A stretch of 64,000 nucleotides of DNA from a virus (lineage: Duplodnaviria > Caudoviricetes). Below the pieces are notes generated by a model. The model was given only the letters and a program-made list of their open reading frames with translations. It did no database searches and was not told the origin of the DNA. Made by a program: the position numbers and the translations under genes. The DNA lies in IMG/VR virus record IMGVR_UViG_3300028048_000039, positions 1 through 64,000 of that record. One strand, 5' to 3'. Below, in pieces: positions 9,705-16,736 of this stretch (position 1 is its first letter; the number at the start of each line of letters is the position of its first letter).

Positions 9705-10559
9705 ATGAATAAGATTTTGGTTTTTCATCTTTTTCTTGGGGATGATTATAAGATAAATCCGTCACTTGATATACATAAGACGTGTCTTAAGATGTATGCC
9801 AATGTCTTTGACGAGATGCGGTTTACAATTACTGCAAAGGACTTGAATGATAAGGAGAAGATTAAGTGGGGAATGGATTGGATAATGGATATATCTGGAA
9901 CAATACCAGTTAAGATAAGTGTTCGTGAAAATCATCCACTTTACGAGACAAAGACATTTAAGGACGAGATACTTGATAACATTGACACTATGCGAGATTA
10001 TGTGTTCTTTGCGCATAGCAAGGGCGCTGTGAGGATGGATGGAAAGGAGACTTATACAAAGTCAAATCCTGAGAGTGTTTGCCGATGGATTGTTGGGATG
10101 TATTATTTCAGTCTCAATTTTATGGATGAAGTGATTGACAGATTCAGCGGACACATAAGGGCTTCAGAAATTTTCTATGGGCCGTTCCTTACTATGTACA
10201 AGGACCCTAAGGTTTCTCCGATGTTGAGGTACAACAAGCATAACTGTTTCTATCAAGGCACTTTCTATTGGATTAATATGGCAAAGTTGAGTAACTACAT
10301 TAAGCAAGGACTTTTGAGTATTCCTGAGATTGACGACAGATATTGGGCAGAGATGCTGCCAGGTGTCCTTTGCGGAAGGGAACTTTATGGCGATGGTTTG
10401 GCAAGTCACAAGGACGTGGCGATTAATGACGATTTCAACCTTTATGTCTTGAAGAGAGAAGGATGGGAGTTGTTGAGCAGAATCTTTGGAGAGCCAGACT
10501 TTATGAAAATCAGCGATGAGATTTATGAGAAGATATTTGGAGGAAGAAAGGATGCTTAA
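9705..10559 (+). CDS. HxKG...GTF(F/Y)W family protein, paralog 2
   Basis: LVFHLF, FFAHSKG, YYFSLNF, YQGTFYWIN, RYWAEMLPG, SHKDV; start moved to ATG 9705, downstream of the promoter. Confidence 0.65.
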   Translation: MNKILVFHLFLGDDYKINPSLDIHKTCLKMYANVFDEMRFTITAKDLNDKEKIKWGMDWIMDISGTIPVKISVRENHPLYETKTFKDEILDNIDTMRDYVFFAHSKGAVRMDGKETYTKSNPESVCRWIVGMYYFSLNFMDEVIDRFSGHIRASEIFYGPFLTMYKDPKVSPMLRYNKHNCFYQGTFYWINMAKLSNYIKQGLLSIPEIDDRYWAEMLPGVLCGRELYGDGLASHKDVAINDDFNLYVLKREGWELLSRIFGEPDFMKISDEIYEKIFGGRKDA

Positions 10560-11137
10560 GGAAAAGGTACTTGTATTTCACTTGTTCATCTCTGATGACT
10601 TTGACACCAATGACGCTTATAAGATTCATGCTGAGTGTATGAAAAGATATAAGGATGTATTCACTGACGTAAGGTTTATCATATCTGTTCCTGATGTAAC
10701 TGACAGGGCAAGGGTGCAGAAGGGTATCGATTGGGTGATGAACATAGGTTTCAATGTACCTATAACGATGAAGGTTGTGAAGAATACCGTGCTTTGTGAG
10801 ACAGATACCCTCTTTGATGAAGTCCTTAATAAATTGGATACTTTTGACGGGCTTGTTTGTTTCGCACAGGGTAAGGGTGTTTCAAATTTTTCAGAAGAGC
10901 CGATGGCACACGGGAGAAGTCTTGAGAGCATAGCAAGGTGGATTTGTGCCCTCTATTACTTCAACTTCAATTTTATGGAAGATGTCGATGGCAAACTTTT
11001 TGCGTTAAGGGGCATTGGCGAGATGTTCTATGGTCCGTGCCTTGGCTATAACTTAGACTTTCCAAATAAGGCACATTACAAATATTGTGGAACATTTTAT
11101 GGGAACTATATACATGTTGTCCTGATAGTTTCAAAAG

Positions 11138-11169
11138 AAAAGCCGTAGGGAATTAACCTATGGCTTTTT
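11138..11169. terminator. Terminator downstream of the IS passenger gene
   Basis: AAGCCGTAGG-GAATTAA-CCTATGGCTT hairpin; closely resembles the phage terminator at 53672. Confidence 0.75.
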
Positions 11170-11172
11170 CGT

Positions 11173-12096
11173 TTACATCATTGTATCGTTATTTGACAAC
11201 ACTTTTATTTGTTCGTTATTGTAATTGTATTTATCGCTATATGTTATTTCCCCAAACAAGTCTAATGCCGAAGGCGGAATTGTTTCAAGGCAGAAATAGC
11301 CATATGGGAAATGCCCATCTCCATAGAAATCAATATTATTAGGAACATTTTTCATTGTAATCCTTATTAGGGCATATTTTCCATTTTTTAATTTAATGTT
11401 CTTATTATACAACATCCACCCTAATTTTGCTGCTGCTGCTTTTGGAATATCACCTTTCATGAGATGTGCTTTGGGGTCATATGATAAAAAGTCATTCTCA
11501 TTTCTGGCTTCAATACCTCCTTGAAGAATAGATTGTAAATTACCATATGGTGTCCAATGATACAAATACTGATACCGCCTTGCTTCTTTGGTTATAGGTG
11601 GTTGCGATGCGGGGTCAAATATCATCATTCTTAAAGTAATACCGTGTACAATTGTAGGAGGTGAAACGATTGCCCTAACCCATCCATGAGTTAACATTTC
11701 ATTTTCAATGATTTTTGTGTTTTGGGCAATATCAGCATATAGTATAACTAAACGGACTTTATTATACGACACACATGATTTAACTTGCCATTTCTTAAAC
11801 CCAAGTTTTTGCAGTTCCGTTCTTAATTGGGCTATAGGAAGCGGGGCTACAGTATCTTCTCTCAAAATAGGCTCCCCCTCATCCGTTAAATTTGAACCAT
11901 ATCCTTGTGCCTGAATATAAACTCTCAAATCTGTTGCAATAGAAAGTATAGTACTCTTTGAAAGGGATTGTATATCAAAATAATCCTCAATATTAGCAGA
12001 TTCTTTGATAGATGGTATATCTAATACCTCTTGTATTGATTCTTTAATAATCCCCTTTAATTGTGTTTCAGTTATCCTTACTTTTTCCTTTGCCAT
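11173..12096 (-). CDS. IS passenger: ADP-ribosyltransferase-fold (KptA/DarT-like) protein with a head-targeting-like N-terminal leader
   Basis: YLYHWTPYGNLQSILQGGI and C-terminal ETIPPSAL; N-terminus KVRITETQLKGIIKESI resembles KITLNESQLMKIIAESI of ORF 53258. Confidence 0.6.
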   Translation of the reverse strand: MAKEKVRITETQLKGIIKESIQEVLDIPSIKESANIEDYFDIQSLSKSTILSIATDLRVYIQAQGYGSNLTDEGEPILREDTVAPLPIAQLRTELQKLGFKKWQVKSCVSYNKVRLVILYADIAQNTKIIENEMLTHGWVRAIVSPPTIVHGITLRMMIFDPASQPPITKEARRYQYLYHWTPYGNLQSILQGGIEARNENDFLSYDPKAHLMKGDIPKAAAAKLGWMLYNKNIKLKNGKYALIRITMKNVPNNIDFYGDGHFPYGYFCLETIPPSALDLFGEITYSDKYNYNNEQIKVLSNNDTMM

Positions 12097-12116
12097 AATT
12101 CTTTACCTTTTACTCA

Positions 12117-12156
12117 AATATACAAAAAATTTCTTTGAAAATCAACTATAAATAGT
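12117..12156 (-). promoter_or_regulatory. Tandem promoters of the passenger gene: ACTATTTAT (12156-12148) and TTGATT-N17-TATATT (12145-12117)
   Basis: Both recurrent phage motifs are present in the correct orientation. Confidence 0.65.
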
Positions 12157-12159
12157 TCC

Positions 12160-12425
12160 AAAAACGGAAAATCCCCAATGTTTCCATCAGGGATTATCAC
12201 TACATTTGCGTTGCCCGCTTGCGATTATCCATTGCCATCAGGCTAATAAAACTACGCAAGTTGAAGGCAAAAAGGAGGTACTTGCTTATGAAAAGTAAAA
12301 TTTTCACAAAAGCATGGCAATTTAAAGTCTTGGACTTAATGCGCCGAATGGGTATGATTGATTAAACAATCCACCAAACAAAAGATTTGTTCTCCCCGTA
12401 ACCCCTCGTTGCGGGGTTCTTCTTT
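12160..12425 (-). ncRNA. Candidate antisense RNA of about 260 nt
   Basis: TTGACA-N16-TATATT promoter (12458-12431). Minus-strand hairpin ATCCCTGATG-GAAA-CATTGGGGAT followed by a U-rich tail; its G-U pairs work only on the minus strand. No long ORF. Confidence 0.45.
12288..12365 (+). CDS. 25-aa small peptide MKSKIFTKAWQFKVLDLMRRMGMID
   Basis: Perfect SD AAGGAGGT (12272-12279), upstream TACATTTG (12201-12208), downstream plus-strand terminator CCCCGTAAC/GTTGCGGGG-TTCTTCTTT (12394-12425). Confidence 0.5.
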   Translation: MKSKIFTKAWQFKVLDLMRRMGMID

Positions 12426-12465
12426 CTATAAATATAACCAATCTTGAAAATTTGTCAAGATTTTT

Positions 12466-13452
12466 CTACGCCGCTTCACACATTCTTACATCCTTGTACT
12501 GAACCTTACCTATCGCCTTGCAGAACATATCAAGGAATCTTGCGCCTTCGCTTATCTCCCTTGTATTCCACCTGTAAACTGATTCATCTATGTACCTCTC
12601 AAGGTAGTTCTTGGAAACAAAGTGGTAGGTGCTGAACACCATCCTCTTGAAATGCGCCCAAAATCCTTCAATGCCGTTGGTGGAATAGGAACCGATAGTA
12701 AACTCTTTTGCCCCGTGCCTTACAAAGATATGGTTGTACTTCTCAGGGTTGAGAGAGCAATATGCGGAGAGTTCATCGGTGATGATGGTGCTGCCTTCGG
12801 CAACGAATTTCTCAATGATTGGGATAAGGGTTGCTGCCCTTGCATCCTTTACCTTCCTTGCATTCACGAAGGAGTGTGTCTTTTCCTTCACTTCGCCTGT
12901 CCTGCGGTTCACTTCTTCGGTTTTCCATACCATTGCCATACCGAAGATTGGTGTCTTTGTCTTCGTGCTCCTGCCCTGTGTCTTGGCGGTTTTCTTCCAT
13001 TCGTGCTTGTTCGTTTCCCTGCCGCCCAAGTACATCTCATCACACTCCACATTGCCGCTTAAAACAACGGAATCATCCTGCCTGAAAAGGGTTCTTACCT
13101 TGTGCAAGATATACCAAGCGGTTTTCTGCGTGGTGTTGATGTCCGTTGCCAATTGAACGGATGAAATGCCCTTCTTGTGGCAGGATACGAGGTACATTGC
13201 GATAAACCACTTCACAAGCGGAATCTTGGTGTTCTCAAAGATAGTTCCTACAAGCACGGAGAAGTTGCTTCCGCACTTGTGGCAGCGGTATCTTCCGTCT
13301 TTTCTCTCTGCGCAGTGGTGTCCGCCGCAGTATGGGCACACTACATCGCCCTTCTCCCATCGGGAGTCACGGATTGCCCTGCGGCATTTCTCGTTTGTAT
13401 TGAAGTAAGATGTGAGTTCGTAAATGCTGTCGAAGTGGTAGAATTTCATCAT
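12466..13452 (-). CDS. IS1595-family DDE transposase
   Basis: CPYC...CHKC zinc ribbon, GTIFENTKIPL..W, KKGISS HTH, ECDEMYLGG, ITDE, NGIEGFWAHFKR, YIDESVYRWN. Confidence 0.95.
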   Translation of the reverse strand: MMKFYHFDSIYELTSYFNTNEKCRRAIRDSRWEKGDVVCPYCGGHHCAERKDGRYRCHKCGSNFSVLVGTIFENTKIPLVKWFIAMYLVSCHKKGISSVQLATDINTTQKTAWYILHKVRTLFRQDDSVVLSGNVECDEMYLGGRETNKHEWKKTAKTQGRSTKTKTPIFGMAMVWKTEEVNRRTGEVKEKTHSFVNARKVKDARAATLIPIIEKFVAEGSTIITDELSAYCSLNPEKYNHIFVRHGAKEFTIGSYSTNGIEGFWAHFKRMVFSTYHFVSKNYLERYIDESVYRWNTREISEGARFLDMFCKAIGKVQYKDVRMCEAA

Positions 13453-13876
13453 ATTTCCCTGTCATTTCCCTTGTCATTATTATATACTGAAATAATAAGG
13501 AAATATTGCAGTGAAGTCCAGACTTTTTTTGCCTGGACTTCAACTTTTTATCTAAATTTGTGGGACAACAGGTATATAGTTCCCCATTTTATTGGCTAAA
13601 TCCTGTGAAGTTTAGCGAATGGATGAAGGAAGGGAGGATAGTTCTGCCGAAGGTGATTGACAGATATTATGCTGAGGACCTACCAGGAAACACTTGTGGC
13701 AGGGAACGATGGGGTGACGGAATTTCAAGCCATGGTGATGTATGCTTTGCAGGAAGAGACTTTGACCTTTATAATATGAATAAGGAAAAGTGGGCTCAAT
13801 GGGCAAGGATTATGAAGGGAGAAGGATTTATTGAATTTTCAGATGACATATTAAATAATATAGGAAGATAGAGATT

Positions 13877-14719
13877 ATGAAGTTAATTGGGTATACTTGT
13901 ACATTTAATGAGGCGGTAACGATTCCATATGTTATGCCTTATGTCGAAATGATGGGTTATGATAAATTTATTGTTTATGATAATGAATCAACCGACAATA
14001 CAGTAAAATTGTTGTCAAAATATCCGTTTGTTGAAATACGAAATTGGGATACTGGCGGAGTTTTTTCAGAAATTGGAAAAAGAAATTTACAAATTGACGC
14101 TTATGAGAAATGTAGTTCTATCGCTATTGAAACAGGTGAAGATGTATGGATGACATTTACTGATTTTGACGAAGTAATCTATTGCACGAGAGAAAGAGGT
14201 GGGACAGTTAAGGATTACTTATCATGGCTTACCGTTAAAGGATATAATTGTTTTGACGGAAGGATGATACAACTAACTTGTGATGGCAGTGAAGAAAATA
14301 ATTCTTTATTACCTCATGAATGGAATGGAGTTAGGGGAACATGGTGGTTAACGGAAGGCAAAAAACCGTTATTGTTTAAGGTTAATGATTTTAAATATGC
14401 TGAATTTATTTGTGGAAATCACGCTATGGGGGTAATTCCTAATGATGGCGTAAATATAATTAATCTTGCAGATACAAGAGAGTTTCATGGCTTTCATTTT
14501 AAATATTTTAAGCCCGATATTCTCGAAAAGAAAGAAAAGACATATAAATTTTATGGGGCGGGACAGTTAACTATGAATGGAGAATATTTGGATGCGATAA
14601 AAAAGATAAGGTCAACTTCATTTCCATTAGATATGTATTTTTTGATGAATGGATTTTTTTCTTCGTCTAATAGTTTTATAAGAGATGGATTTGGCGAAGG
14701 GATATATTTAAAACAATAA
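13877..14719 (+). CDS. GT2-like glycosyltransferase, tandem paralog A
   Basis: CTFNEA, FIVYDNESTDNT, WMTFTDFDEVI, GNH, HFKY. Confidence 0.75.
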   Translation: MKLIGYTCTFNEAVTIPYVMPYVEMMGYDKFIVYDNESTDNTVKLLSKYPFVEIRNWDTGGVFSEIGKRNLQIDAYEKCSSIAIETGEDVWMTFTDFDEVIYCTRERGGTVKDYLSWLTVKGYNCFDGRMIQLTCDGSEENNSLLPHEWNGVRGTWWLTEGKKPLLFKVNDFKYAEFICGNHAMGVIPNDGVNIINLADTREFHGFHFKYFKPDILEKKEKTYKFYGAGQLTMNGEYLDAIKKIRSTSFPLDMYFLMNGFFSSSNSFIRDGFGEGIYLKQ

Positions 14720-14721
14720 TT

Positions 14722-15597
14722 ATGAAACTAATTGGTTATACTTGCACGTTTAATGAAGCGGGGATGGTTCCTTATGTTATGCCCTATGTAGAAAGGATGG
14801 GTTACGATAAGTTCATTGTTTATGACAATATGAGTACGGACAACACAGTAGAGTTGCTTTCCAAGTACCCGTTTGTTGAAATTAGGTATTATGATACTAA
14901 TGGGAAATTTGATGATAATGCCAAGAGGCAGAAAGAAATTGATGGGTATGTAGAATGTTACAAGATGGCAAAAGTAGGTACCCCCGAAGAGGAGGTGATT
15001 TGGATGACATTTACTGACTTTGATGAGGTTATTTTTGGCGGATATGGGGATGGCGCAATCAAAGAAATCTTAAATTGCAGTTATATCTTTGAGGGGTATA
15101 ATTGTTTCTTTGAACAGATGGTAAATCTTCTTCCGCCAAAGGATGAGCAGTGTGAGTTATACAAGAGGATGGAATATGAGAATAAGCCGTTAGTACATAC
15201 GATTGACGGAGTGAGGGGCGTATGGTGCTATGGAAATATGGCGAAGCCGACAATGTTTTGTGTAAATGACTTCAACTATATGGCATTTGTTCAGGGTAAT
15301 CATTATGCTGTTTGCAAGACAAGGGAAGGCAAGAAAATAAGAAATTTGTCAGAAAATACTGGATTCACACCATTTCATCTTAAATTCATCAATAAAGAAA
15401 AACTAAAGAAGAAATGGGCTAATTATGATGAAAGGGGTTTGACATTTTATGGAAAGGACTTAGATAAGATTGAATCGCATTATAGGGATTACCTATATCC
15501 AATGTCTTTCTCTTTAGAAAATTATTTTCTTAATAAAGGACTAAAGAATATTGTGCGTGATACAGAAAATACCAGTGGTTTAAAGTTGGATATTTAA
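14722..15597 (+). CDS. GT2-like glycosyltransferase, tandem paralog B
   Basis: N-terminus nearly identical to paralog A; WMTFTDFDEVI, GNH, HLKF. Confidence 0.75.
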   Translation: MKLIGYTCTFNEAGMVPYVMPYVERMGYDKFIVYDNMSTDNTVELLSKYPFVEIRYYDTNGKFDDNAKRQKEIDGYVECYKMAKVGTPEEEVIWMTFTDFDEVIFGGYGDGAIKEILNCSYIFEGYNCFFEQMVNLLPPKDEQCELYKRMEYENKPLVHTIDGVRGVWCYGNMAKPTMFCVNDFNYMAFVQGNHYAVCKTREGKKIRNLSENTGFTPFHLKFINKEKLKKKWANYDERGLTFYGKDLDKIESHYRDYLYPMSFSLENYFLNKGLKNIVRDTENTSGLKLDI

Positions 15598-15624
15598 ATA
15601 AAATTTCGTATATTTACCAATACT

Positions 15625-16098
15625 ATGAAAAAACCTAAGAGTTATATAGGAAATATTATTCCAAGTGAGGACACTATCTTTGTCTTTGGCTCTAATCCGC
15701 AAGGAATACACGGGGCAGGGAGTGCAAAGGTGGCGATGATTTATTTTGGAGCCAAACGTGGGCAAGGAGAAGGTTTGCAAGGACAAAGTTACGGCCTCCC
15801 AACAACAAATTTGAATTTTAATGATAATCGTTTACCACCTATTAAACGTGGAATGCCTAAGGAGGAAATTATTAGTCATATTAAAAAATTATATAAATGT
15901 GCATTAGAAAATACTGATAAGAATTTTAAAGTAGCATATAGAAACCATTTTAATGAAGAAACAATCTGTGGGTATAATGGTGGCGAAATGATTGAAATGT
16001 TTAAGGCTGCTGCTGTAGATTTTAATGGGATACCTGAAAATATATGGTTTTCTCAGGAATGGGTAGATAGTGGTTTATTTGATGAAGATAATGATTAA
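15625..16098 (+). CDS. FVFGSN...HGAG family phage protein (A1S_2505-like, possibly macro-domain related)
   Basis: IFVFGSNPQGIHGAGSAKVA, GQGEGLQGQSYGLPT; own TTGGAT-N17-TATATT promoter at 15586-15614. Confidence 0.65.
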   Translation: MKKPKSYIGNIIPSEDTIFVFGSNPQGIHGAGSAKVAMIYFGAKRGQGEGLQGQSYGLPTTNLNFNDNRLPPIKRGMPKEEIISHIKKLYKCALENTDKNFKVAYRNHFNEETICGYNGGEMIEMFKAAAVDFNGIPENIWFSQEWVDSGLFDEDND

Positions 16099-16111
16099 AA
16101 ACTGTTAAGAT

Positions 16112-16594
16112 ATGGTAAAATATAAAGAATTTGCTATTGTGTTTGAGGAAGTGCCAGATAAGATTACATTGGCAATAAACATAACAAACTGTCAGAATAA
16201 CTGTGAGGGATGTCATTCCCCTGAACTGAGGCAGGACATTGGTCATGAATTGAATGAACTTGAACTTGAAAGTCTTATTTCACAGAATGAAGGCATTAAT
16301 TGTGTCTGCTTTATGGGAGAAGGTAAGGATAAGGATGGTTTGCTTAGTCTTGCAAGGTATGTGAAGAAGCAACACCCAGAGTTATCTGTTGCCCTCTATT
16401 CAGGAAGGACTGAAGAAGCATTTGAGACTGATAAAAAGAAATTCGGAAAGATTTTTAACTTTATCAAGATTGGCAAGTATGATAAGGAAAAAGGCCCGTT
16501 GAACAAGGAAACGACAAATCAGCGTCTTTACTCAATTATTGGCGGAAAAGAGTGGGTTGATATTACAGAAAAGTTCTGGCCAAAGAAGATTTAA
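16112..16594 (+). CDS. nrdG: Anaerobic RNR activating enzyme (radical SAM)
   Basis: IVFEEVPD, CQNNCEGCHS (CxxxCxxC), CFMGEG, LYSG, KIGKY...GPL...TNQRLY. Confidence 0.92.
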   Translation: MVKYKEFAIVFEEVPDKITLAINITNCQNNCEGCHSPELRQDIGHELNELELESLISQNEGINCVCFMGEGKDKDGLLSLARYVKKQHPELSVALYSGRTEEAFETDKKKFGKIFNFIKIGKYDKEKGPLNKETTNQRLYSIIGGKEWVDITEKFWPKKI

Positions 16595-16621
16595 GCCAAA
16601 GGTACATATTTTTCTTATAAA

Positions 16622-16665
16622 GGCGGGTAGTTTTACCCGCTTTTTTCTTTTTTGCTGCTATTTAT
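16622..16665 (+). terminator. Terminator (GCGGGTA/TACCCGC + T run) followed by variant late motif GCTATTTAT (16657-16665)
   Basis: Hairpin with T tract, then the recurrent motif upstream of the fibre gene. Confidence 0.75.
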
Positions 16666-16736
16666 CAAAAAAATACGTTTAATTGAAAATAAACCTTCAA
16701 TAAGGAAATAAAAAAATAATAAACATATTCGATAAT

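Larger units (their letters stand above)
11101..13584 (-). mobile_element. IS1595-family transposon with passenger genes (2,484 bp)
   Basis: TIRs GGGAACTATATACATGTTGTCC (11101-11122) and its 1-mismatch reverse complement (13563-13584); 8-bp TSD CATTTTAT at 11093-11100 and 13585-13592; IS1595-type transposase inside. Confidence 0.95.
10552..13871 (+). pseudogene. HxKG...GTF(F/Y)W family paralog 3, interrupted by IS1595 element (5' part 10552-11100, 3' part 13593-13871)
   Basis: Removing the IS and one TSD restores ...YCGTFY-WLNPVKFSEW...RYYAEDLPG...SHGDV, collinear with paralog 2. Confidence 0.9.

Noticed and set aside
12444-13599. Several overlapping 60-146-aa ORFs across the transposase
   Set aside because: Shadows of the GC-richer transposase sequence, with no supporting motifs
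13560-13871. Independent 103-aa gene
   Set aside because: It is the 3' half of the IS-disrupted paralog, and its apparent start lies in the IS end
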